A stretch of DNA of 64,000 nucleotides from Pseudomonadota bacterium (GTDB lineage: Bacteria; Campylobacterota; Campylobacteria; Campylobacterales; Sulfurimonadaceae). Within the stretch, counting starts at the first letter, position 1, and every line of letters begins with the position of its first letter. A model generated the notes under the pieces. It searched no databases. It was not told the DNA's origin and saw nothing but the letters and a program-made list of their open reading frames with translations. Positions 53,431 to 62,591 of the stretch are shown in pieces. The position numbers and the translations under genes were made by a program. The stretch spans positions 75,005-139,004 of the forward strand of contig JAZDQA010000004.1 in assembly GCA_043797085.1 (NCBI GenBank), given 5' to 3'.

Positions 53431-53462
53431 AGTAATAATAATTTTTTTATATTTTCTATACG

Positions 53463-55103
53463 TTACGCACCTGGAAGATCCATGCGGTGCTCAATAGAAT
53501 AAGTAAATGTTGGTGTTGTTAGCCCAGTAATTTGGGTAATGTATTCACCTGTTTTTGCGTCAAATACTAATATTCGTCCACATGTCCAATCCGAAACATA
53601 CGTATGCTCCCCATGAGCAGCAGGTTCTCCATGCAGTAATCGAGGGACAATAAGTTCGCCTTTTTCATTTTTTACGGCACCAATATTCCATTCTTTTATC
53701 ACTTTGAGATTGTTCGGATCGATGAGCTGCACTTTGCCCTCTTTAGTCGCTTGGATAATGCGTCCGACCATCAACGTTTCTTTGTTGACTAGATGGATTT
53801 TATTATAATTGTCTTCTCCGCCGATAACGTTGTCCGCCCAAAGAAAAGGTGTATGTTCATTGGTTCCGATAAATAGTCCGCCGCCGGCTGTTTTGGTGTG
53901 TTTTAATACATGCCATTGGTTGTCCCAAACGGTTACATCGCCTACATTCATGTTGACCGTTGCATGAAGCTGTTTACCTAATTTTTCATTGTACCAGCTT
54001 GAACCTTGTCCAGGATGCGGCTTGCTTCCCGGTCCGGTATAGACTTTATCTGTTAATGTTTTGGTTTTAAAGTCTACTATCCCCATGACATCACTTCCTT
54101 GAGAAGCTATCATGTAGTAGCGTCCTACCTCTTCTCCCTCATTCAAGAAGGCATCGTGTAAGATTTTACCGATTTTAGGAATATCTCCGACGATAGGGAA
54201 ATCAGGCTTACTGTAATCGACGATATAGACGTGTCCTGCATCTTTAAGTGCAAATGCAATATATGGACCGTATGGAGTGTCGGCGATCGATGCAACACGA
54301 GAGGAGCCGATTTTGCCATCCATGTCTTCGACTTGATCGGTCGCATAGACTTTCAACGGTTTAAGTGTCATAGCATCCAAAAGTACGGCACCGCCTGGAA
54401 CATAGTTACCCGCCATGAGATAGCGACCATCGGGCGTACAAGCAAGTCCGCGACTGTCGCTGCCGACACGGATTTTAGCGATCATTGGTTGTCCTGGGGC
54501 ATTTAGATCAAACATATTGACCCATCCGTCACGACTGATGTTATACACGTAGCGAGGGATACGTTTATTGACTACGGTTACGTGAGTCGCGAAACCTGAG
54601 CTGTGTTTGGAGAGGACTTTGTTTGTTGTACCGTCAATAAATCCTACTTTTGAGGCATCCCGCTCGGTAAAGACCACGATATCCTGTACGCTTTTTACGT
54701 CCGTTGGTTTCGGATATTTTTTGTACAATTCTTCACGGTCTTGGAGGATTTGATGTGTAGCAACAACATCTTCCATGGTGAGTTTCGTTAACTGTTTTGC
54801 TTCATATTTTAAGAGATATTGCACCATTTTATCTGCATCATCACTGGTGAACGTACTCTTAAAATCAGGCATTGCAGTACCGGCTCTTCCGTTAAGTATC
54901 GTATCTCTCAGAAAATAATCTCCTTTTTTACCAATGGCTTTTGGGTCAAGAGAACTTCCTACACCACCTTCGTGATTGGGGCCATGACACCCTTGACACT
55001 CTTTGTCAAACATTTTTGCGACGTCCATTTTCGAATCGCCAGCCATTAGTGGAAGGGTTATAAAAAGAGCGCTCGCCAGGGTTGCTCCAAGAATCTTTTT
55101 CAT
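53463..55103 (-). CDS. nirS: cytochrome cd1 nitrite reductase
   Basis: Signal peptide, CQGCH c-domain with AMP Met ligand, d1 propeller with GFATH (d1 ligand His), ILHD and PHPGQG (catalytic His pair). Confidence 0.88.
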   Translation of the reverse strand: MKKILGATLASALFITLPLMAGDSKMDVAKMFDKECQGCHGPNHEGGVGSSLDPKAIGKKGDYFLRDTILNGRAGTAMPDFKSTFTSDDADKMVQYLLKYEAKQLTKLTMEDVVATHQILQDREELYKKYPKPTDVKSVQDIVVFTERDASKVGFIDGTTNKVLSKHSSGFATHVTVVNKRIPRYVYNISRDGWVNMFDLNAPGQPMIAKIRVGSDSRGLACTPDGRYLMAGNYVPGGAVLLDAMTLKPLKVYATDQVEDMDGKIGSSRVASIADTPYGPYIAFALKDAGHVYIVDYSKPDFPIVGDIPKIGKILHDAFLNEGEEVGRYYMIASQGSDVMGIVDFKTKTLTDKVYTGPGSKPHPGQGSSWYNEKLGKQLHATVNMNVGDVTVWDNQWHVLKHTKTAGGGLFIGTNEHTPFLWADNVIGGEDNYNKIHLVNKETLMVGRIIQATKEGKVQLIDPNNLKVIKEWNIGAVKNEKGELIVPRLLHGEPAAHGEHTYVSDWTCGRILVFDAKTGEYITQITGLTTPTFTYSIEHRMDLPGA

Positions 55104-55203
55104 TCGTTACTCCTTGCATTTGTAAAATATGGATAGGGCATAGTTCGTAAAGCTTTATGGATCCTACTTGAGTTAGTGTACTTGAAAAGGGGAGGCAGCT
55201 TCA

Positions 55204-55217
55204 TTGATATAAATCAA
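55204..55217 (-). promoter_or_regulatory. Fnr/Nss-type box, nirS promoter
   Basis: TTGAT-ATAA-ATCAA (perfect FNR consensus); minus-strand TACACT at 55175-55180 (23 nt gap). Confidence 0.85.
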
Positions 55218-55231
55218 ATTTTTTAAAGTTT

Positions 55232-55873
55232 TTAAGAAAAAAGTTCTTTTAGTCCCTCTCGATTCAAGATGGTGAAATTTTTCCCCTCATCACTGATGAG
55301 TCCGAGAATCTTGATTTTTTTGAAAGAGCGTGAGAGTGTTTCGGGGGTAAGTCCTAAAATCGTTGCAATCTTATGTCTCTTGGTTGAATCGGAAATATCT
55401 CCATTTTCATATAAGAATTTAGCCACACGGGAGGTTGCATCCAGTGCTAACCGTGTGGTAATAATATCTTCGAGGTATTTGAGCTTTTGAGTCAGCGATT
55501 TTATCAATTCAAAGGATACGGTAGGATTTTTTAGAAAATCACGCTCAAAAATAGGATAATCGATTTCCAAAATACTTCCATCCGTTTGAAATTCTGCGGT
55601 TGCCGGGAATGGAATATGGTGAAGATTGGCCATTTCTGCTACTAACGAAACGGGATAAAAATAGTGCAGTACGATTTCGTTTTCTTTCATATCTGTTTTG
55701 TAGCCTTTGAGGACACCGTCTAGTAATATATAAAGTTTATCCGAATGAGTCCCCTCATAAAAGAGGATCTCACCATTATTAAAGGATCGTAGTTTTACGA
55801 TAGAGGCTAAATGAATTAAATCTGTTTCGCTCAGATGTGAAAAAAGAAAAATACTTTTTAATCGGTTCACCAT
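55232..55873 (-). CDS. Crp/Fnr-family regulator (DNR/Nss-like)
   Basis: LYILLDGVLKGYK, AEMAN, FPATA, HTH LGLTPETLSRSF. ATG 55873 overlaps the receptor stop (TAATG). Confidence 0.92.
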   Translation of the reverse strand: MVNRLKSIFLFSHLSETDLIHLASIVKLRSFNNGEILFYEGTHSDKLYILLDGVLKGYKTDMKENEIVLHYFYPVSLVAEMANLHHIPFPATAEFQTDGSILEIDYPIFERDFLKNPTVSFELIKSLTQKLKYLEDIITTRLALDATSRVAKFLYENGDISDSTKRHKIATILGLTPETLSRSFKKIKILGLISDEGKNFTILNREGLKELFS

Positions 55874-58056
55874 TAAAGTTTCAAATTGGTTTGTAGATAC
55901 CATGATCGTCCTTCTGCTTTTTCATAACTGTAATACTCTTTGTTCATAAGATTGCTAATCGCAAGATTGATATCAATGTTTTTGTTGATTCTGTATCCGA
56001 TCTTCGTATTGACGATTCCGGCAGCATCCAAGGAGCCGTAGACATTAGAGACACTATCGCTATTATCGGAATTATTGTAAATTTTGGATTGATAGGCATA
56101 GTTAATCAGACCATAAAATTGATGATTATCATAGGTGAGAGTTGCATTGGCCATATCTCTTGGAATGCCGGTGAACTGTTTATCAACGGATGCTGGATCG
56201 CTCTCATTTTCTAAAACTTTTGTATAGGATTTCGTATAATTGGTGTTGAGGGTAAAATCATAGTCAAGCGGCTGAATGTACGATAATTCATACCCCTGAG
56301 AGCGTGCTTTTCCAACGTTTGTTCTTTCATAATAACTTTTTCCGGCAATGATAACAGGCGTTTTAGTGGAGATCATATCTTCGATTGTGGTATGAAACCA
56401 ATACGCTTTAAAAAGACCGTTTAAGACTGTTTTTTTCTCTATCCCCACATCATACGATTCGCTGTACTCCGGTTTTAGATTCGGATTCGACACATAAACT
56501 CTATTTAATGCTGCAATTTCATACGTTCGATAAAGATTGACCGGATCAGGAGCTCTGAAAGCTTGCCCCCAGGATGCTTTGATCATCGTGTCGTCTGTTG
56601 CTTTATAGTTGAGAGATATTTTTGGGGAAAAATTATTTTTGTGTTGGGTAGAATAGGTTTGATTGAGCGTTGTATTGGACATATTGATATCAGAAACATA
56701 TCCATCATAGCTGGTCCATGTTTCGAATCGGGCCCCGATATTGGCTGATAGACTATCGGTTAGTTTACTTTGCAGCTCTGCAAAAGCCGCTAATATTTGC
56801 TCTTTCCCACCTGAGCTCGCGGTCCTATTTGTTTTGGTGTCTTCATTTTTCCAATCGCTCATATTGAAGGTATCGGAAACGGATACATTATTTTTATATT
56901 CACTTCCCAGTAAAAGAAGAGAACTTCCGATAGGTTTTTGCCACGTTGCATGGAGCATAGCGTTTTTGACATCTCTTGGGGTAAAAGTACCAACTCCGCC
57001 TGTGCGTGTCGCCGATGTACCTGCAGTGGTATACCAATCTTCTACAGACAAGTATGAATAGCGGATATCCAACTCGGAATCCGAAAAAGTATGTCCGTAA
57101 TCAAGGATAGTGAGATCACTGTTCAGCTCACTGGAACCTTGTAAAAATTTAGATTCTTTTAGTCCTGCATAGGTATAGACAGTATTTCCAGAAGCATTAC
57201 TAATAAATGATTCAGGATCATTGTAGTGCACATCATAATGGGATTTTCGATACGAAGCACTCAGGGTGTCTTTGGCCGTTGGTGTATAGAGCAGTTTGGT
57301 TGAAAGATCATATTTGTGAACACCACGATCACCTGCATTTCCGACAATATATTGTGTCCCTCCGGTGGGAGAAGGCTCCGTGATGTATCCGCTAATCGTA
57401 CCGGGAGGCTTTGTGGTAATGGCAACAAAATCGGATTTATATCCATCAGTACTTAACGCGCCATAGCTGACTTTGAATTTTAAAGTATCAATGATCTTAT
57501 CCGCAGCCGATACATAGACCTTGGTCAAATTAGCCTGCGCTTCACCGTCATTAAATGCATCTCCGTACCCGATAGAGGCTTTGTACTCAGGCTCATTTGG
57601 CATTTTGGTAATATAATTGATGACACCGCCTATAGCACTGCTGCCATAAAGGCTCGAAAATGGTCCCCGAATCACTTCAACCCGTTCTAAATCTTCAGGC
57701 TGAATAGAATAGGGCATCGAAGCCGTACTCGTATAGCTGGTATTCATTGGAATTCCATCGAGTAGTATCATCGTACGTGATTGATCCGGAATCCCTCGAA
57801 GCACAACCGTAGGATTGACATCTGATAATCCCCTATGTTGAATAACTGTAACTCCCTCAAGTGTTTTTACAGTCTCTTTTAGATTGGCTCTTGGTAACAT
57901 TCCAATAGCTTCTTGTGTAACAACACTGACGCTTCCGGGAGCATCTTCGAGAGTTGTTTCTGTCTTGGTTGCGGTAACAATGATAGGATCTAAGGAAACT
58001 CCATCCGCAATTAAATAGGTTGTGACGACCAAAAAAAGTAGTATCTTTTTTTTCAT
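55873..58056 (-). CDS. TonB-dependent outer membrane receptor
   Basis: TonB box (IIVTAT), plug (LRG...LLDG, ERVEVIRGPFSSLYGSSAIGGVINYIT), FRAP and NPNL motifs. Confidence 0.93.
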   Translation of the reverse strand: MKKKILLFLVVTTYLIADGVSLDPIIVTATKTETTLEDAPGSVSVVTQEAIGMLPRANLKETVKTLEGVTVIQHRGLSDVNPTVVLRGIPDQSRTMILLDGIPMNTSYTSTASMPYSIQPEDLERVEVIRGPFSSLYGSSAIGGVINYITKMPNEPEYKASIGYGDAFNDGEAQANLTKVYVSAADKIIDTLKFKVSYGALSTDGYKSDFVAITTKPPGTISGYITEPSPTGGTQYIVGNAGDRGVHKYDLSTKLLYTPTAKDTLSASYRKSHYDVHYNDPESFISNASGNTVYTYAGLKESKFLQGSSELNSDLTILDYGHTFSDSELDIRYSYLSVEDWYTTAGTSATRTGGVGTFTPRDVKNAMLHATWQKPIGSSLLLLGSEYKNNVSVSDTFNMSDWKNEDTKTNRTASSGGKEQILAAFAELQSKLTDSLSANIGARFETWTSYDGYVSDINMSNTTLNQTYSTQHKNNFSPKISLNYKATDDTMIKASWGQAFRAPDPVNLYRTYEIAALNRVYVSNPNLKPEYSESYDVGIEKKTVLNGLFKAYWFHTTIEDMISTKTPVIIAGKSYYERTNVGKARSQGYELSYIQPLDYDFTLNTNYTKSYTKVLENESDPASVDKQFTGIPRDMANATLTYDNHQFYGLINYAYQSKIYNNSDNSDSVSNVYGSLDAAGIVNTKIGYRINKNIDINLAISNLMNKEYYSYEKAEGRSWYLQTNLKL

Positions 58057-58177
58057 ATTAACTCCTATTTCAGGGATTTTTTAATCTATACTACTCAAAT
58101 TAAGCCTTTAGGAGCGGAAAGAGGAAATTAGTTACGTAAAGAATAGGTAATTGTAAAGAGTTTGAAGAATAAAGTCT

Positions 58178-58191
58178 TTGATATAAGTCAA
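58178..58191 (-). promoter_or_regulatory. Fnr/Nss-type box, TonB receptor-regulator operon promoter
   Basis: TTGAT-ATAA-GTCAA; minus-strand TACAAT at 58150-58155 (22 nt gap). Confidence 0.8.
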
Positions 58192-58392
58192 TTGCGAAAA
58201 GTTACGATCGTCCTTTTGAATAAAAGGCAAAATCTTAGGGGTGATACCGCCACCCACCTATTCAAGATAATATATATTATGTTAATCAATAAAATACTTT
58301 TCCTCCATATGATATGTTTTATAAACAAAATCATTAAAAAATCATTCGTGAAATATAAAATGTCTCCGTACAAAAATACCAAGGAGTCTATT

Positions 58393-58812
58393 ATGTTAAT
58401 TGCAAAATACAGCCCTCTAGCTGATTATATGAAGTTTAATTCACTTTTAAGTGAATTTGATAATAAAGAGTCTACTTTAAGTGGATTTAAACCTGTAGTA
58501 AATACGCGTGAAGGCGAATTTGCTTACCATGTAGATGCTGATCTGCCCGGTGTAAAAAAAGAAGATATAAAAGTCAATGTTAACGGCAATATGATCACAA
58601 TTTCAGGTGAACGACATGATAAAAATGAGACGGATGAGAAAGGTTATCACCGTATTGAGACTTCTTTTGGAAAATTTGAACGCAGTTTTACCCTTCCAGA
58701 AGGTGTTGATGTTGAAAACATTACGGCATCCAACAAAGATGGAGTATTGGAAGTAATCATTCCAAAACTCAAAAGTGAGACTGAGAAAGTCAAAAAAATT
58801 GAAGTAAAATAG
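58393..58812 (+). CDS. Hsp20/alpha-crystallin small heat shock protein
   Basis: DLPGVKKEDI, ISGER, GKFERSFTLP, DGVLEVIIPK. AAGGAG SD precedes ATG 58393. Confidence 0.93.
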   Translation: MLIAKYSPLADYMKFNSLLSEFDNKESTLSGFKPVVNTREGEFAYHVDADLPGVKKEDIKVNVNGNMITISGERHDKNETDEKGYHRIETSFGKFERSFTLPEGVDVENITASNKDGVLEVIIPKLKSETEKVKKIEVK

Positions 58813-58958
58813 ACGTTATCGTGGAATTTTCTCGTGTTAGAGTATGAGACTATTCCGCAACAACTGATGTTACACATTTAGTAATTTTTTGAACATTCAA
58901 CTCTAACATAAGGAATAATGTATTTTATTTTTCAAAAAGTTACAAAGGAGTTATTGAT

Positions 58959-60437
58959 ATGAAAACAATCGTTATCCCTGAAAAAAACGATTTTGTAACT
59001 TTTGAAAGTAACGTTAGAGCATGGTTAAATAATGCAACTGATGACGTATCAGCAGTAAATAATGATCTTAACTCTGCTAATAAATACAAAAACTGCCTCT
59101 TTGAAAATGGTACGGTTATCGGTCGTACCAATGTTGATCTCACGTGTGAAATGGTCACAAAATTAGCCGAATCTTTTGGTTCGATTCTTCCTGTAGGATC
59201 TACTGTCTATGTTTCACGAGATTATCATAAAAGTTCAAGGATGTTGAAGCGTGCTTTTTTAGGCGGTTTGCTTTCGACTGGGATTAATGTCTTTGATTTA
59301 AAACTCACCTCCCCTGCTGTTATGTGCTTTAGTTTGGCGAAAAACGATCACATCGTTTCCGGAGTGCATTTTGAGCAATCCTTTGAGTGCCAGTGCAGTA
59401 CTCAAATCGATTTTTTTACGGACGAAGGTCTCAAGATCGATACCGGCAAAGAAAAAGCAATAGAGCGTATTTTTTTTAGAGAAAATTTTTTAAGAGTAAA
59501 CTATACGGATATCGGTGAAATATACGAAAACGGCTATCTTGACAATAGCTATATCAGCCATTTTCTCGAAAGTCTCGACATCTTAGCCATCAAACAAAAA
59601 AAATTTCATCTTGCCATTGATTTGTTGCATGGAACAGCATCCTCCATTTTCCCAGCTATTTTACATGAACTGGACGTTGATTCAGTGATACTAAATGCCT
59701 ATCATAATGATAAAAAACTGACCGAACTTCCCAATCAGCTCCTAAAATCCAAACGAGAACTGTCTAAGATCATTATCGGTATGAAATTGAACTTGGGTCT
59801 TATAATATACCCGGATTTCAAAACACTTGATATTGTTTGTAATACTGGAATTATTTTGGAGCGTTACATTGCTTTATTCGTTTTTTTGGAGCTCTTAAAT
59901 CGTGACGGTCATAAAAAAAGAGTTTTATTGCCTACATGGGCTCCTGACTTTATGGATCATCGTTTTCAAAATATAAGCATTGACCGCTTAAAAATCAGCA
60001 ATCTAAAAGGAGCTGAACTGCAACAATACGATTTCATCGCAACAACGGAAGCTAACTATTTATTTAGTGAGTTTAGCTTTCATTTTGATTCGCTTTTTTC
60101 CAGTATGAAACTAATCGAGATGCTCAGCCGTGAGAGTGCATTTATCAGTGATATTGCAATGAGTTTCGAACCTTTCTATTATTTTGAAACCAAAATAGCA
60201 TGCGAGAACAGGCTAAAAGGTAAGATGATGCGTAAGTTGTTGGAAGACAGTCTGGATAAAAAAAATACCAATGGTGACGGAATCAAAATATGCATGAATG
60301 AAAAAGATTGGATTGTGATCATTCCCGATCAAAACAGTGACACCCTCCGTTTCTATATCCAAGCGTCAACAACAAAAGCCGGTGAAAAAATTCTCAAAGA
60401 ATATACGAAAAAAATCAAACATTGGCTAGACGAATAA
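58959..60437 (+). CDS. alpha-D-phosphohexomutase-fold protein with degenerate catalytic motifs
   Basis: LFENG, VSRDYH.SSRMLKRA..GLLSTG, DLLHG, DGIK; lacks TASHN and DGDxDR. Confidence 0.75.
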   Translation: MKTIVIPEKNDFVTFESNVRAWLNNATDDVSAVNNDLNSANKYKNCLFENGTVIGRTNVDLTCEMVTKLAESFGSILPVGSTVYVSRDYHKSSRMLKRAFLGGLLSTGINVFDLKLTSPAVMCFSLAKNDHIVSGVHFEQSFECQCSTQIDFFTDEGLKIDTGKEKAIERIFFRENFLRVNYTDIGEIYENGYLDNSYISHFLESLDILAIKQKKFHLAIDLLHGTASSIFPAILHELDVDSVILNAYHNDKKLTELPNQLLKSKRELSKIIIGMKLNLGLIIYPDFKTLDIVCNTGIILERYIALFVFLELLNRDGHKKRVLLPTWAPDFMDHRFQNISIDRLKISNLKGAELQQYDFIATTEANYLFSEFSFHFDSLFSSMKLIEMLSRESAFISDIAMSFEPFYYFETKIACENRLKGKMMRKLLEDSLDKKNTNGDGIKICMNEKDWIVIIPDQNSDTLRFYIQASTTKAGEKILKEYTKKIKHWLDE

Positions 60438-60533
60438 GCCTGTGTTCCTAATTATATCGGAGCTCAATTACGTATTATTTCTAAAACAGTGTACAATCCT
60501 ATTTTTACTCCATCAATCAAAGAAGGATAGTGT

Positions 60534-60902
60534 ATGCCATTTACTCCACAGCAGCGTCTAATAATCAAAGAATCGAGTGAAATTTATCGTCAGGAGATAG
60601 AGCATATCAATGATTTAATTGATAAAGAGTCTGATAATGATCGATGTGACCAACTCTATTTACTTCGTGCGCTCTCTACTATTGAACATGGAAACCGTAT
60701 CGGATTGTTCACGAATGAAGAGGGAAGTGAAGAGTTTTTTGAAGCAATGGCAAAGGAAGTAAACCTCTATTTCCCGCATAAAAATGATTCAGAGCTGTTT
60801 GATGATATCACTGTTTTAGAAGAATATGTGAAAAAAAGCTTCTTTGACAACCCTGCAAAAGAAAAAGATATTCTATTAAAGCTGTTAGGGATATCCCTAT
60901 AG
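60534..60902 (+). CDS. hypothetical acidic helical protein
   Basis: 122-aa ORF with AAGGA SD; no recognised motif. Confidence 0.65.
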   Translation: MPFTPQQRLIIKESSEIYRQEIEHINDLIDKESDNDRCDQLYLLRALSTIEHGNRIGLFTNEEGSEEFFEAMAKEVNLYFPHKNDSELFDDITVLEEYVKKSFFDNPAKEKDILLKLLGISL

Positions 60903-60905
60903 CTT

Positions 60906-62591
60906 TTAAATGGCAGAAATTTTATATCTAGAAAGTTCTCTTCCTTTGGTATCGATCACATGAACCGCACACGCCAAACATGGATCAAACGAATGAATCA
61001 CCCGTAATACTTCCAACGGACGTTGGGCATCTGCGAGCTTTATTCCGATAAGCGATTCTTCATACACACCTCGCTGTCCCATAGCATCTCGCGGTGATGC
61101 ATTCCATGTCGTTGGTGCTACGACTTGATAGTTCGCGACTTTTGCATCTTCAATTCGTACAAAATGACCCAAGACACCTCTGGGAACTTCAAAAATCCCT
61201 GCACCTTTGGATACACTTGGCAAGGCTTCAAAAACATACTTTGTCCATGTTTCTTCATCATAATATTTGATGTTTTCGATTAAATCGCTCATAAAATCAA
61301 AAAGATAATCGCAGCATATCTGCGCTTCGACGGCACGCGCCGCATTGCGTCCGATGGTTGTCGAAAAATCGATCAGAGTCATTCCCGTATCTTTCATAAA
61401 ACGATCCATATAGGGTTTAATCACTTTAGAGTTTTTCACCACGCCCACGATCATGCGAGCAACAGGACCTACTTCCATCACTTTTCCGCCATAGCGAGGA
61501 GCTTTTACCCAGCTATATTTCCCCTCACTTTTGAGCGTTCCATCCTCATTCAAATCGGTATAAAACGGGACACTCTCTTGATCGTATGGCGAGCTTGGAA
61601 GAGCATCTTCATACCAAGATCGGGATGCTTCTTCTGTGATTTTAGACGGATCAAAAGGTTCTATCGCATCAAAGTAATGCCCTGTAACGACACCACTTTC
61701 AAAAAGCTGTTCTTTTGAAGCAAATTGATACCCGCCGCAGCACATAAAGTTTCCGCTTCCGCGCCCTTCACCCATTTTGATCGATTCTTCGTATGCTTTT
61801 ACCATCATCTTCATGTCAGGTATATACGCACGCTCCAAGAAATCACGCGTCTCTTTGATCAGAAACATAAAATCATTGAGCCGTTGAGGGTTGAGCATGT
61901 CCACAACACTGGTAACGCCTCCAACAACTAGATTTTGAGGGTGCGGAGTTTTTCCGGCGAAAATAGCGATGGCTTTGGAAATGTCATGCTGAATCCGAAG
62001 CGCTTCGAGATAATGGTTCATATGGACCAAATTTTCTTCAGGAGTCAGCCGATAGCTCTCATGTCCCCAATAACCATTAGCAAAGAGTCCTAACCGCCCT
62101 GCTTTGACGAAACTGTTCAGCTTCTCTTTGACGCTTTCCAAATGCCCCTCAGAGTTTCGATAAGGGCGTTCGTGATACTGTTGTGCACTCTTGACCGCTT
62201 TAGAACAATCCGCCGTTAAGGCACTCGTAATATCCACAAAATCAAGTGAATGAAGATGATAATAGTGAATAATATGATCTTGGACAAAAAGAGAAAGAGA
62301 GACAAGATTACGGACAATCTCGGCATTTTGAGGTATCGTAAGCCCATAGGCATCCTCAACAGCACTGATTGAGGCACGGTAATGAACGTTAGTACAAACA
62401 CCGCAAATACGCTGCGCGATAAGCCCTGCATCTCTTGGATCACGTCCTTGTAGAATAATCTCTATACCGCGAAACAGCTGTCCGGATGCCCATGCATCGG
62501 TAACAATATTTTCATCATTCACTTCTACTTCTATACGTAAATGCCCTTCAATACGAGTGATAGGATCGATAACGATTTTACGGTTACTCAT
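60906..62591 (-). CDS. [NiFe]-hydrogenase large subunit (group 1-like)
   Basis: IDPITRIEGHL, L1 RICGVC, L2 DPCLACAVH plus cleavable C-terminal tail; start at ATG 62591. Confidence 0.95.
   Translation of the reverse strand: MSNRKIVIDPITRIEGHLRIEVEVNDENIVTDAWASGQLFRGIEIILQGRDPRDAGLIAQRICGVCTNVHYRASISAVEDAYGLTIPQNAEIVRNLVSLSLFVQDHIIHYYHLHSLDFVDITSALTADCSKAVKSAQQYHERPYRNSEGHLESVKEKLNSFVKAGRLGLFANGYWGHESYRLTPEENLVHMNHYLEALRIQHDISKAIAIFAGKTPHPQNLVVGGVTSVVDMLNPQRLNDFMFLIKETRDFLERAYIPDMKMMVKAYEESIKMGEGRGSGNFMCCGGYQFASKEQLFESGVVTGHYFDAIEPFDPSKITEEASRSWYEDALPSSPYDQESVPFYTDLNEDGTLKSEGKYSWVKAPRYGGKVMEVGPVARMIVGVVKNSKVIKPYMDRFMKDTGMTLIDFSTTIGRNAARAVEAQICCDYLFDFMSDLIENIKYYDEETWTKYVFEALPSVSKGAGIFEVPRGVLGHFVRIEDAKVANYQVVAPTTWNASPRDAMGQRGVYEESLIGIKLADAQRPLEVLRVIHSFDPCLACAVHVIDTKGRELSRYKISAI

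Noticed and set aside
53463-55103. Calling the cd1 protein NirN or NirF instead of NirS
   Set aside because: It has the c-heme domain plus the d1-ligand His and both catalytic His motifs (LHD, PHPG), and it sits next to norCB with its own box.
55168-55188. HspR HAIR operator (CTTGAGT-N7-ACTCAAG) near nirS
   Set aside because: Only the left half matches, it overlaps the nirS -10 region, and it is far from hsp20.
58162-58392. Long N-terminal extension on Hsp20 in the ORF track
   Set aside because: AT-rich promoter DNA read through by chance; the SD-supported ATG is at 58393.
60906-62591. [NiFeSe] hydrogenase or selenocysteine recoding
   Set aside because: The L2 motif is DPCLAC with ordinary Cys codons and there is no in-frame TGA.
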